NCBI GenBank assembly: GCA_964447445.1
Contig: CAYUSW010000065.1
Span: forward strand, 1,106-65,105
From: an uncultured Thermotogae bacterium
GTDB lineage: Bacteria; Bipolaricaulota; Bipolaricaulia; UBA7950; UBA9294
DNA length: 64,000 nt
Direction: 5' to 3'
The notes under the pieces are model-generated. The model was not told the DNA's origin. It ran no database searches and saw nothing but the letters and a program-made list of their open reading frames with translations. Numbering within the stretch: position 1 is the stretch's first letter; every line of letters begins with the position of its first letter. Below, piece after piece: positions 1 to 9,091 of this stretch. The translations under genes and the position numbers were made by a program.

Positions 1-1038
1 GCCGAGCAGGCGTTCGCGATCGTAGAGGACGGCAAGCTGGCCGGGGGTCACGGCGCGTTGGGCTGCAGAGAAGGTGAGGCGGAAGCTCGACTCCTCGACG
101 ACTTCGAACTGAGCTCCACTCGCGGGCGAGCGGTATCGGATCTTCGCTTCGAGCGTGGCTCCGCTGGGGGGCGGCTCGCCGAGCGTGTAGATGGCATCGG
201 TGGCTGTCAGGGCACTCCGCAGGAGCTCCTCGTTGCCGCCGACGATCACGGCATTGCGAGCGGGATCGAGTCCAGTGACATAGAGGGGCCGCTGCGACGC
301 AATGGCCAGTCCGCGGCGCTGCCCGATCGTGTACCACGGGAGTCCGCGATGCTGCCCGAGTTCGTTGCCGTCACGGTCAAGGATCGGGCCGGGCGCGTAG
401 TCCTCTGGAGCGAACAGGAACGAGACGTCGTCTCCGGCGGCGAAACACAGGTCCTGGCTCTCGGGAAGCTCGGCGGCAGTGAGTTGTGCGCGGCGGGCGA
501 TCGCGAACACTTCTTCCTTCTGCAGTTCGCCGATCGGCAAGAAGAGGCGAGAGAGCGTTCCCTGATCAAGCCCGTACAGGAAGTAGGTCTGATCCTTCGA
601 GGGATCCCTTCCACGGAGAAGGAAGCGCTTCCCGCTCTCGTCGGCAGCGAGGCGTGCGTGGTGCCCGGTGGCAACGTAGTCGAAGCCTCGTTCGCGCGCG
701 TACGCGATGGCGAGTCCGAAGCGGAGAAGCCGGTTGCAGCGGCCGCAGGGGTTGGGAGTCTCCCCGCGGCGGCGGCGGGAGACGAAGTCGTCGAGGACGA
801 GACGCTGGAACTCACGGCTCGCATCCACAATCTCGTGGGGGATGCCGAGCTCACGGGCGGCGAGCGAGGCCGAATCGAGCGAGCAGCACTGGGTCACGCC
901 ACCGAACGCGGGCGCGCTGGGGAACGACCAGAACCAGAACGTGAGGCCGGCGACGTCGTGTCCCGCCTGCCTGAGCAAGAGCGCGGCCACGGTGCTGTCA
1001 ACGCCGCCGCTCATGCAGACAAGGACCGACTTGGCCAT
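1..1038 (-). CDS. mnmA: tRNA 2-thiouridine(34) synthase MnmA (5' part; C-terminus lies beyond window start)
   Basis: Reverse-strand translation from ATG at 1038-1036 gives MAKSVLVCMSGGVDSTVAA... with the PP-loop SGGVDS motif, CGRCN motif and a C-terminal region typical of MnmA. The frame runs open to position 1. Confidence 0.8.
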   Translation of the reverse strand, partial: MAKSVLVCMSGGVDSTVAALLLRQAGHDVAGLTFWFWSFPSAPAFGGVTQCCSLDSASLAARELGIPHEIVDASREFQRLVLDDFVSRRRRGETPNPCGRCNRLLRFGLAIAYARERGFDYVATGHHARLAADESGKRFLLRGRDPSKDQTYFLYGLDQGTLSRLFLPIGELQKEEVFAIARRAQLTAAELPESQDLCFAAGDDVSFLFAPEDYAPGPILDRDGNELGQHRGLPWYTIGQRRGLAIASQRPLYVTGLDPARNAVIVGGNEELLRSALTATDAIYTLGEPPPSGATLEAKIRYRSPASGAQFEVVEESSFRLTFSAAQRAVTPGQLAVLYDRERLLG

Positions 1039-1395
1039 CTATCCGTCGTCTCCCGAGAGGGGCACCACGCAGAGGAACTCCAGAGGCTCGTCGCCTGCGT
1101 TCAGGAATTGATGCTTGTCCATCGGCGGGACGAAGACGAAGTCGTCCGGGCCAACCTCCACGGCGCCGTCGCTGAAGCGGACTCGACCCTTGCCCGACAG
1201 CACGTACACCTCATGCTCCCAGGGATGGGTGTGTTCGGGGCTGTAGCCGTCTGGGGCAAGCGTGAAATGGCGCATGACGAATCGGGGTGCCCCCTGGCGG
1301 GGTCCGATGAGAACCCGCTTCTCCACGCCGCGGACGCTCGCGGCATCGTCGTAGGTTCGGGGCGGGACGGCGTTCTTCTTGCCGATGGTCACCAT
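1039..1395 (-). CDS. cupin domain protein
   Basis: 118 aa. The HxH...E...H-like cupin motif region (PEHTHPWEHEVYVLSGKG...FVPPMDKHQF) is present. The gene is tightly packed between mnmA and the phosphodiesterase gene. Confidence 0.7.
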   Translation of the reverse strand: MVTIGKKNAVPPRTYDDAASVRGVEKRVLIGPRQGAPRFVMRHFTLAPDGYSPEHTHPWEHEVYVLSGKGRVRFSDGAVEVGPDDFVFVPPMDKHQFLNAGDEPLEFLCVVPLSGDDG

Positions 1396-1410
1396 GTCTA
1401 GTTCCTTTCT

Positions 1411-2658
1411 CTAGAGGGGGCCTACGAGCAGCGGCACGATCATCTCGTCGGCGGTGAGCCCGCCGTGCATGCCGCGCAAGAGCGCGGCGTCAGGGTATGG
1501 GTGGCGGAGTCCTCTCCGCCCCGTAGACACGACCAGGAGGTCGCCGAGGCGGTGCCGCGTCTCAGGGTGAATGGGGCTCGATCCAAATAGGCCGAGAGAG
1601 AGCGCGACGTCGGCGTCGAGGAACAAGAGGTCATCCTCGAGGACCGGCGCCGGATAGGTCAGACGGCTCGACCCCCTTCCAGCTCCGAAGAACATGTACG
1701 AGGCCCGTGGCTCCCCGACAGGGAAGAGAAGGGAACGGTCGTGCAAGTCGGGGAAACGAGTGGTCGGGAGGTAGTCCGCGGGAGTCATGGAGGCAAAGCC
1801 ATGATCCGAGGACAGGAGGAGGAGAGTCCGTTCGGCCCGCCCTACGAGTTCGCGGCGTAGCGCGGAGGCGATGGAGGCGGCTTCAGCGACGTAGGCGTCC
1901 GACTCGCAGCCGCGGACGTGGGCAATGGTATCGAGCCCCGGCCAGTAGAGAGTGACCACGGTACGTGCCCGAGCCGCGTTCAAGATCTGACGCGATAGAG
2001 CCAGCATGTCGGAGAATTCGATCGCCGGGTGAACGTGCGTCGCGCCGCGGTAGAGAAGGCGTGACAGGCCGCTCGCCGCGATTCCGCGGGGCAAGACAAC
2101 GTGGCTGTCCACCCCGCTCTCGGCCAGACGTTCGTACACCGTCGGGTGGGTCAACAGGGCATCGGCGGCAAACGACTCGGGGAGCGGGCTCTCGCCTCGT
2201 CCACCGACAACGGTGAGCTGGATCATGTTGACGATGGATGAGATCTCTCGCAGGTAGAGCCTGTATCCGAGCATCCCGTGCCCGGCCGGAGGCAGTCCCG
2301 TGCTGTACGTGGTGAGTGCGGCCACGGTCGTAGAAGGGAAGACCGTCGTCAACGGGATACAGGTTCCCCGAGACGCGATGGCGTCGAAGTCCGCTCGCGC
2401 CTCCTCGGAGGCAAGCTCTGTGAGCCCGCGATACCCCAGTCCGTCGAGAATGACGAGGAGAACGCGGTCGACACGGCATGGCGCGACCGCTTCGACCAGC
2501 CTGCCGGGGCGCACGCTGACGCCGAGAGCGCTCAGGACCACATCGGCTATCCGTGCGATCGAGAGTCCGTCATAGTCCGGGAGGACGACGTGGTCAGGAA
2601 ACCCGGTGGGTCGAGGGCGGGACAAGAGCTGCGCGAGGAGCTCATCGGGTCGGTTCAT
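1411..2658 (-). CDS. alkaline phosphatase superfamily protein (type I phosphodiesterase / nucleotide pyrophosphatase-like)
   Basis: 415 aa with the AP-superfamily pattern (LLVILDGLGY..., SSDHGF). It is too short and lacks the extra domains of a BREX PglZ. Confidence 0.65.
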   Translation of the reverse strand: MNRPDELLAQLLSRPRPTGFPDHVVLPDYDGLSIARIADVVLSALGVSVRPGRLVEAVAPCRVDRVLLVILDGLGYRGLTELASEEARADFDAIASRGTCIPLTTVFPSTTVAALTTYSTGLPPAGHGMLGYRLYLREISSIVNMIQLTVVGGRGESPLPESFAADALLTHPTVYERLAESGVDSHVVLPRGIAASGLSRLLYRGATHVHPAIEFSDMLALSRQILNAARARTVVTLYWPGLDTIAHVRGCESDAYVAEAASIASALRRELVGRAERTLLLLSSDHGFASMTPADYLPTTRFPDLHDRSLLFPVGEPRASYMFFGAGRGSSRLTYPAPVLEDDLLFLDADVALSLGLFGSSPIHPETRHRLGDLLVVSTGRRGLRHPYPDAALLRGMHGGLTADEMIVPLLVGPL

Positions 2659-2700
2659 GGATCGTGAGTATACGGACCCGAGCCTCTCGACTCCCGGTGG

Positions 2701-3342
2701 CTAGTCCGCTGGCGTGGCCTCGGGGATCGTGGAGAGGCGCTCCAACTCGTCGAGCAGCGCGGCCGGCCATTCGGGAGAGGCTGCGTCGGCGGGCGGGCTC
2801 CACGGCAAGAGGTCCCCGCTCAGCGTGAAGACCGCGGAGCCCTCGAGCTGCATGGAGTGGGGATCCTCGGGAACCACGAAGCCGCCCGAAGCTACGCCCT
2901 CGGCGTCCCCTTCTACGGTCCAGCGGCCGGCGGAGGTCGTGATCAGGAGGAAGAAGCGACCGCGCCCCTTGCCGGACGTCGATGTCGCTCCGTCGGAGTC
3001 GATCGCGGTGACGACGATGCCCCCTTCGATCGAGCACGTAGTTCCGGAGTCCGTCGTGCCGACCGCAGCGAACGCGATCGTGGCATCGACGGCGAGGGTG
3101 CCGGGGTTGCCGACACCCGACCCACTAGCGCGACCTGACGCGGAGAAGGCTGTGGACGTGCTGCCGAGCAGCAGACTCCCCGAGAACGCCATGTGCGATC
3201 GAACATCTGCTGTGACATTCTCGCCCAGGAACCACAAGACGACAGTTCCTGTCGCCGCGACGTCCGCGCGGAACGCGTCCGCTGCTAGGCCCAAGGAAGA
3301 TCCAAGCGCCAGAAGCGCGGCCGCGATCAACACTCGTCTCAT
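2701..3342 (-). CDS. secreted hypothetical protein (Gly/Ser/Thr-rich)
   Basis: N-terminal signal peptide MRRVLIAAALLALGSSLGLAA followed by a low-complexity G/S/T-rich body. No recognisable catalytic motif. Confidence 0.5.
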   Translation of the reverse strand: MRRVLIAAALLALGSSLGLAADAFRADVAATGTVVLWFLGENVTADVRSHMAFSGSLLLGSTSTAFSASGRASGSGVGNPGTLAVDATIAFAAVGTTDSGTTCSIEGGIVVTAIDSDGATSTSGKGRGRFFLLITTSAGRWTVEGDAEGVASGGFVVPEDPHSMQLEGSAVFTLSGDLLPWSPPADAASPEWPAALLDELERLSTIPEATPAD

Positions 3343-3453
3343 GCTTCGCCTCCCTCTTCCGCCGACGATTCACCTTGCACAACCACAGATTGTACCCGCC
3401 GCCTGTCGCTGTGGGTTCGCGCGGCCGGGCGAGCGAGGATAAGCTCCTGAACG

Positions 3454-4686
3454 ATGGAGAAGAGAAAGGGATTCGACGTCTTGGTCGTGGGGGGCGGTCC
3501 GGCGGGCATGATGGCGGCGCACCACGCCGCCCAACGCGGGGCCGAAGTGGCCCTCGTCGATTCTCGCCCCGTGCCGGGCGAGAAGATTCTTCTCTCGGGC
3601 GGCGGGCGCTGTAACGTCCTGCCGATGACGGTGGATCCGCAGCTCTACGCGACTTCGTCATCTCCGAACGTGTTGCGCAAGATCGTCCTGTCGTGGCGTC
3701 TGGATGAGGTGCGAGACTTCCTCGAGAACACCATCAGGCTCCGCCTCATCGACCAGAAGAGGACGGGAAAGGTATTCCCGGCAACCGGTGGCGGCGAGGA
3801 GGTCCGCAGCCGCTTCCTCTCCGCCCTGCGGCGCAGCGGTGTGCGAGTCCTGACGAACACGAAGGTGGTCGACATCCTCCCGAACGAGAGGAGACGCGTC
3901 CTGATCCAGAAGGGGACCGGCATCGTTGCCGACCGGGTCGTCCTGGCGACGGGAGGACTGTCGTATCCACGGACGGGCAGCGACGGCTTCGGATTCCAGG
4001 TGGCGAAGGCCCTGGGCCACGAGGTCTTTCCCCCGTACCCGGCACTCGTGGCGTTGAGGAACGCGCGTTTCGAGCACACGGCGTTGGCCGGGATCGCGCT
4101 CCCGGTGCGCCTTAGTGTGGGCGATGGCCGCGGAAAGCGCACGGCGGTGGGGGATTTCCTCTTCACGCACCGGGGATATAGCGGCCCGGTCGTCCTCAAC
4201 ATGTCTCATCACGTCTCGCGCGCTCTGACGCTGGGTCAGAAGCTGCCTGTGCGCGTCGCGTGGCTGGATCTGAGCGAGGCGGATTGGGACGACGTGCTGA
4301 GCCAGCGGCGCGGTACTCTGCGCGGCGCGCTCAAGGAGAAACTCCCGGACCGACTGGTGGATTACCTGCTGGACGAATTGGGTTTGTGGGACGCCACGCC
4401 GCCGTCGCTGCGGCGCGAGGACCACGCTCGCGTTCTCAAGGCTCTCGTGGCATACGAGCTGCCGTGGGTCGAGTGTGACGGATACCGGGAGGCCGAGGTG
4501 ACGGGAGGTGGCGTCGCGTTGGGCGAGGTGGACCCAAAGACGCTGCGGAGCCGGATCGTGCCCAGCGTTCACTTCTGCGGGGAGGTGCTGGACGCGGTCG
4601 GACCGATCGGTGGATACAACTTCCTGTGGGCGTTTGTAACCGGCCGACTGGCGGGAGAGGGTGCGGCAGGGGTCGTGGCGGAGTGA
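3454..4686 (+). CDS. HI0933/BaiN-family NAD(P)/FAD-dependent oxidoreductase
   Basis: N-terminal FAD-binding motif DVLVVGGGPAGMMAA and the family-typical SGGGRCNV motif. 410 aa. Confidence 0.85.
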   Translation: MEKRKGFDVLVVGGGPAGMMAAHHAAQRGAEVALVDSRPVPGEKILLSGGGRCNVLPMTVDPQLYATSSSPNVLRKIVLSWRLDEVRDFLENTIRLRLIDQKRTGKVFPATGGGEEVRSRFLSALRRSGVRVLTNTKVVDILPNERRRVLIQKGTGIVADRVVLATGGLSYPRTGSDGFGFQVAKALGHEVFPPYPALVALRNARFEHTALAGIALPVRLSVGDGRGKRTAVGDFLFTHRGYSGPVVLNMSHHVSRALTLGQKLPVRVAWLDLSEADWDDVLSQRRGTLRGALKEKLPDRLVDYLLDELGLWDATPPSLRREDHARVLKALVAYELPWVECDGYREAEVTGGGVALGEVDPKTLRSRIVPSVHFCGEVLDAVGPIGGYNFLWAFVTGRLAGEGAAGVVAE

Positions 4687-4847
4687 TCGAACGGACCGAT
4701 GTCCCTGCACGAGCGGGCGCGTGGCCACGCGTCGGGCTCCGTTTGCTGGATGCTACGTCGCGGTGATCTGCATCACGCTCGGCCTGAAGCTCCGGGTGGC
4801 AGACTCGGGCAACGATGCACACCACGCAGCACCTCCTTGCCGGCGCA

Positions 4848-4915
4848 GCGGGCGACCGGCCGGAGCGGGTTGGCTCGTCGAACGGGTTCAATCCAGCCGG
4901 CCGGTCGAAGCCCGC
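4848..4915. repeat. long imperfect hairpin (16-bp stem GCGGGCGACCGGCCGG / CCGGCCGGTC-gaa-GCCCGC around a 33-nt loop) inside a 357-bp intergenic spacer
   Basis: The inverted repeat is read directly from the sequence. It is followed by a pyrimidine tract (ctctcctctctccc) rather than a U-tract. Confidence 0.35.
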
Positions 4916-5043
4916 TGCGCCTCACGCTCTCCTCTCTCCCTAACCGGGGCATCACCCGCTTGCGTAGGCCGAGCGCATTTCGCAGAATGTTCGCGCCTTG
5001 CAGTGAAGACGGGATGCCCTGCGCAGCGTGAAGCGAGGGGAGG

Positions 5044-6960
5044 GTGGTGACCGCAGCCCCGCCATGGGGTGGCGGGCAGGGCGATATGGAGTACTTGGAA
5101 GAGTTCCGACGCCAGTTCCCTGAGAAGTTCGTTTCGGCTGATGTAGCCTTCTCACGCATCCACCGCGGCGACCGAATCTTCATCGGCACCGGGTGCGGGC
5201 AACCTCAGTATCTCGTGGACGCGATGGTCGAGTTCGTCAAGACGAACCCGAAGGCGTTCTTCGATGCAGAAGTGGTGCACGTCTGGACGCTGGGGCTGAC
5301 TCCGTACCTGCGAGAAGAGGTCAAGAGGAACTTCCGCCTGGACTCCTTCTTCATTGGCCTGCCCACGCGTCAGGCTGTGAACGAGGGCGAGGCGGATTAC
5401 ACGGCGATCTTCCTGTCGCAGGTGCCGGGGCTGTTCCGTCGCGGCGTGGTTCCGATCGACGTTGCGTTGGTCCAGACGTCGCCACCCGACGAGCACGGCT
5501 ACCTGAGCCTTGGCGTGAGTGTTGACATCGTTCGCGCCGCGACCGACTGCGCGCAGACCGTGATCTGCCAAGTCAATCGGTCGATGCCGCGGACGCACGG
5601 TGACAGCTTTATCCACGTGCGCGACGTGGACTTCGTTCTGCCGCACGACGAACCGCTTCTCGAGTACGGAACGACTGTGCCGGACGGTATTGCCGACCGC
5701 ATTGGTGACTACGTCGGGCGTCTCGTTCAGGACGGCGCGACGATCCAGGTCGGGTACGGCCGAATCCCCGACGCGATTCTCTCGCACCTGTCGAACAAGG
5801 TTCACCTGGGAGTCCACACCGAACTCCTGAGCGACGGGATCGTCGACCTCATGAAGGCCGGAGTCGTAGACAACACGCGGAAGTCCATTGACCGCAACAA
5901 GACCGTGGCCGCTTTCTGCATGGGGAGCACTGCGACGTACGACTACCTGAGTGACAACCCCGCCGTGTCGTTCCGGCCGGTGGACTACACGAACAGCCCC
6001 GCCGTCATCGCGGAGATTGAGAAGATGACGGCCATCAACACAGCCCTGGAGATCGACCTGACGGGCCAGGCGACGGCCGAGTCGTTGGGGAGCGAGTTTT
6101 ACAGCGGAATAGGGGGGCAGGCGGACTTCATGCGCGGAGCCGTGCTCGCTCCGGAGGGGAAGTCGATTCTGTGCATCGAGTCCACGGCGCGACACGGAGA
6201 GGTGTCGCGCATCGTTCCTCGCCTGAGCAGCGGAGCCGGGGTGACGTTGACGCGCGGGGATCTTCATTACGTCGTCACGGAGTACGGGATCGCTTACCTG
6301 CACGGAAAGAACATGCGCGAGCGCGCGATGGAACTCATCCGCGTGGCGCACCCGAAGTTCCGTCCGTGGCTGCTTCGTGAAGCGAAAGAGCGCAATCTGG
6401 TCTATCGCGACCAGGCCTACGTTCCGGGCAAGCGGGGAGAGTACCCCGAGCATCTCGAGACGTACCGCACGACCAGGGCAGGGTTGGAGGTGCTCCTGCG
6501 GCCTGTCCGGATCAGCGATGAGCCGCTCGTGAAGGACTTCTTCTACGCGCTGTCCGACCAGTCCACGTACCAGCGGTTCATCTCGTCGCGCAAGGACATG
6601 CCGCACGAGCGCCTGCAGGAGTTCGTCGTGATCGACTACACCGCCGAGACGGTGATCCTCGCCGTAGTGCCTGCCGACGAGCGCGACATCGTGGTCGGCA
6701 TCGGGCAGTATGGGATCGATCCCCAGACCCACACGGCCGAGGTCGCTCTCGTGGTGCGGGACGATTACCAGAAGCGGGGCCTTGGGACGGAGCTCCTGAG
6801 CTACCTCACGCTCCTTGCCCGAAAGGAAGGCCTTCTCGGGTTCACGGCCGAGGTGCTGATGGAGAACCGGGCGATGATGCGGCTCTTCGAGCGCGCAGGA
6901 TTCTCGATCGACAAGAAACGGGGTGCCGGCGTCTATGAACTCAAGATGCTGTTCAGATGA
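5044..6960 (+). CDS. acetyl-CoA hydrolase/transferase family protein fused to a C-terminal GNAT acetyltransferase domain
   Basis: 638 aa. The N-terminal ~430 aa match the acetyl-CoA hydrolase/transferase (4-hydroxybutyrate CoA-transferase-like) fold. The C-terminal ~170 aa have the GNAT signature (VVRDDYQKRGLGTELLSYL...AEVLMENRAMMRLFERAGF). The start could instead be GTG 5047 or ATG 5085. Confidence 0.8.
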   Translation: MVTAAPPWGGGQGDMEYLEEFRRQFPEKFVSADVAFSRIHRGDRIFIGTGCGQPQYLVDAMVEFVKTNPKAFFDAEVVHVWTLGLTPYLREEVKRNFRLDSFFIGLPTRQAVNEGEADYTAIFLSQVPGLFRRGVVPIDVALVQTSPPDEHGYLSLGVSVDIVRAATDCAQTVICQVNRSMPRTHGDSFIHVRDVDFVLPHDEPLLEYGTTVPDGIADRIGDYVGRLVQDGATIQVGYGRIPDAILSHLSNKVHLGVHTELLSDGIVDLMKAGVVDNTRKSIDRNKTVAAFCMGSTATYDYLSDNPAVSFRPVDYTNSPAVIAEIEKMTAINTALEIDLTGQATAESLGSEFYSGIGGQADFMRGAVLAPEGKSILCIESTARHGEVSRIVPRLSSGAGVTLTRGDLHYVVTEYGIAYLHGKNMRERAMELIRVAHPKFRPWLLREAKERNLVYRDQAYVPGKRGEYPEHLETYRTTRAGLEVLLRPVRISDEPLVKDFFYALSDQSTYQRFISSRKDMPHERLQEFVVIDYTAETVILAVVPADERDIVVGIGQYGIDPQTHTAEVALVVRDDYQKRGLGTELLSYLTLLARKEGLLGFTAEVLMENRAMMRLFERAGFSIDKKRGAGVYELKMLFR

Positions 6961-6979
6961 GGCCTTAACTCGCGAGAGT

Positions 6980-9091
6980 ATGAGCCGGCTGTTCAACCCG
7001 CGGGGCGTGGCCGTGGTCGGGGCCTCCACAAATCCGAACAAGATCGGATACCGCATCGTGGAGAACATGGTCAAGTCGGCGTACACGGGCCGGATCTACC
7101 CTATCAATCCCAAGGGGGGCGAGATCCTTGGGTGGAGCGTGCACCGCAGCCTCGCGGACGTGCCGGGAGATGTCGACGTCGCGGTGCTGTCCGTGCCCGC
7201 GGACCATGTACTGGGAACGGTCGCGGAGTGTGCTGCCAAGGGCGTTCGCCATCTTGTCATTGTCACGTCCGGCTTCTCCGAGATCGGCAACATGACGCAG
7301 GAGAAGGAGATCGTCTCAATGGCGCGCTCACATGGGATGCGCGTTCTTGGGCCCAACATCTTCGGGATCTACTCCGCGTCGAGTCGACTGGATGCCACAT
7401 TCGGCCCGGGAGGCATCCTCCCGGGACACGTTGCGATCATCACGCAGAGCGGCGCGCTGGGCATTGCCATGATCGGCAAGACGGCGGCGGAATCGCTGGG
7501 CCTGTCGGCCCTCGTCTCGGTGGGGAACAAGTCGGACATCGATGAGGCGGACCTCCTGACGTATCTGGCCGAGGACCCGGAGACTCGCGTCGTTCTCCTC
7601 TACATCGAGGGAGTCAAGAACGGGGAACGGCTGGTAAAGACGCTCAAACAGGTCACACGACGCAAACACGTCGTCGTCATCAAGTCGGGGAGATCGGCGC
7701 GGGGAGCCATGGCGGCCGCGTCCCACACGGGATCCCTGGCGGGGGCCGACGACGTGTTCGACGACATCATGCGCCAGTGCGGGGTCTTGCGTGCGGAGAG
7801 CGTACAGGAAGCGTTCAACTGGGTTCGCTATCTCGCGACGGCGCCGCTCCCTTCCGGCGAAGATGCCGTGATCGTCACGAACGGTGGAGGGATCGGGGTG
7901 CTGGCGACGGACGCCTGCGAGAAGTACGGGGTCCGTCTGTACGACAACCAGCCGGTCCTGGCGGAGTCTTTCGCGGGAGTGATGCCGGAGTTCGGCTCGT
8001 CGAAGAACCCGGTCGACCTCACCGGGCAGGCAACAGGGGACGACTACGCCCGGGCGCTCGACGCCGTGTTCGCTCGGTCCGACATGCACGCCGCGGTGGC
8101 CCTCTACTGCGAGACGGCTCTTTTCGACACAGCGCAGTTTGCGGCGTTGCTGCGAACGATCCACCGACGCTACAAGGAAGTGAAGCCGATTGTCTTCGCC
8201 CTATTCGGCGGGGAGCGGATCGAAGCGATGATCCGCGAGCTGCGGTCGGAGGGAGTCCCCGTGTTCGGCGATGTCTACGAGGCGATCTCGGTCCTCGGGG
8301 CGCTCTACCGGTCGAGGCGGCGCTTCGCCGAGGGGAGCGAGGACGAGCCGGCCATGTCCGACATCGATGTGGCGAGGATTCGCCGCGTCCTTGAGAACGC
8401 GGGCGCGGAAGGGCGCCGGTTCCTGCTTGCGCACGAGGCCGCGGACGTGGCGGCGGCGCTCGGCCTTTGCATGCCGCGCTCCATCCTGGGTCGGGATCTG
8501 GACGAGGCAGTGCGCGCGGCGGAGACGATAGGGTATCCCGTCGTCATGAAGGTCGTGTCGCGAGACATCATGCACAAGAGCGACGCGGGGGGCGTGGCCC
8601 TGAACCTGGAGAATCGGGACGAGGTGGTCGACGCGTACCAGGCGATCCTCCAGAGTTGTCTGCGCTACAAGCCTGATGCATCGATTCAAGGTGTGGAGGT
8701 CGTGGAGATGGTTCGGCCCGGAGTGGAGACGATCGTCGGCGCGCGTCAGGACCCGTCGTTCGGCCCTGTGGCGATGTTCGGCCTCGGCGGCATCTACGTG
8801 GAAGTTATGAAGGATGTGTCATTCCGCGCGGCGCCGGTCGGGGCGCGCTTGGCACGCGAAATGATCGGGAGCATCCGGTCGTATCCCCTCTTACTCGGAG
8901 TGCGAGGCGAGCGGAGAAAGGACATCGGAGCGGCGGCCGACGTGATCATGCGCCTCGGACAGCTGATTTCGGAATGCCGGGAGATCACTGACATCGAAGT
9001 GAATCCCCTCATGGTTTACGACTATGGGGAAGGGGCCAAGGCCGTGGACGTGAGGATCCTGTTCCATACCCAAGGGGGTGACGCAGCGTGA
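6980..9091 (+). CDS. acetate--CoA ligase (ADP-forming) family protein (fused CoA-binding/succinyl-CoA-synthetase-like alpha + ATP-grasp beta domains)
   Basis: The N-terminal CoA-binding domain (LFNPRGVAVVGAS...KIGYRI) and the C-terminal ATP-grasp region match NDP-forming acyl-CoA synthetases. Start taken at ATG 6980, just after the upstream stop at 6960; the ORF track's 6923 start would overlap. Confidence 0.8.
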   Translation: MSRLFNPRGVAVVGASTNPNKIGYRIVENMVKSAYTGRIYPINPKGGEILGWSVHRSLADVPGDVDVAVLSVPADHVLGTVAECAAKGVRHLVIVTSGFSEIGNMTQEKEIVSMARSHGMRVLGPNIFGIYSASSRLDATFGPGGILPGHVAIITQSGALGIAMIGKTAAESLGLSALVSVGNKSDIDEADLLTYLAEDPETRVVLLYIEGVKNGERLVKTLKQVTRRKHVVVIKSGRSARGAMAAASHTGSLAGADDVFDDIMRQCGVLRAESVQEAFNWVRYLATAPLPSGEDAVIVTNGGGIGVLATDACEKYGVRLYDNQPVLAESFAGVMPEFGSSKNPVDLTGQATGDDYARALDAVFARSDMHAAVALYCETALFDTAQFAALLRTIHRRYKEVKPIVFALFGGERIEAMIRELRSEGVPVFGDVYEAISVLGALYRSRRRFAEGSEDEPAMSDIDVARIRRVLENAGAEGRRFLLAHEAADVAAALGLCMPRSILGRDLDEAVRAAETIGYPVVMKVVSRDIMHKSDAGGVALNLENRDEVVDAYQAILQSCLRYKPDASIQGVEVVEMVRPGVETIVGARQDPSFGPVAMFGLGGIYVEVMKDVSFRAAPVGARLAREMIGSIRSYPLLLGVRGERRKDIGAAADVIMRLGQLISECREITDIEVNPLMVYDYGEGAKAVDVRILFHTQGGDAA

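Noticed and set aside
58-1401. 447-aa plus-strand ORF spanning the mnmA/cupin region
   Set aside because: Low-complexity Ala/Gly/Arg/Glu-rich translation with no motifs. It lies antisense to two well-supported minus-strand genes (mnmA, cupin). This is the typical high-GC shadow ORF.
1411-2658. Possibility that the alkaline-phosphatase-fold protein is a BREX PglZ
   Set aside because: At 415 aa it is far shorter than PglZ proteins. It lacks their additional domains. No BREX partners (pglX methyltransferase, brxC ATPase, brxL) are nearby. The type I phosphodiesterase call is more parsimonious.
5152-7086. 644-aa minus-strand ORF
   Set aside because: Antisense to the acetyl-CoA transferase::GNAT gene. 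The translation is Arg/Val/His-rich with no recognisable fold. GC-skewed third-position artefact.
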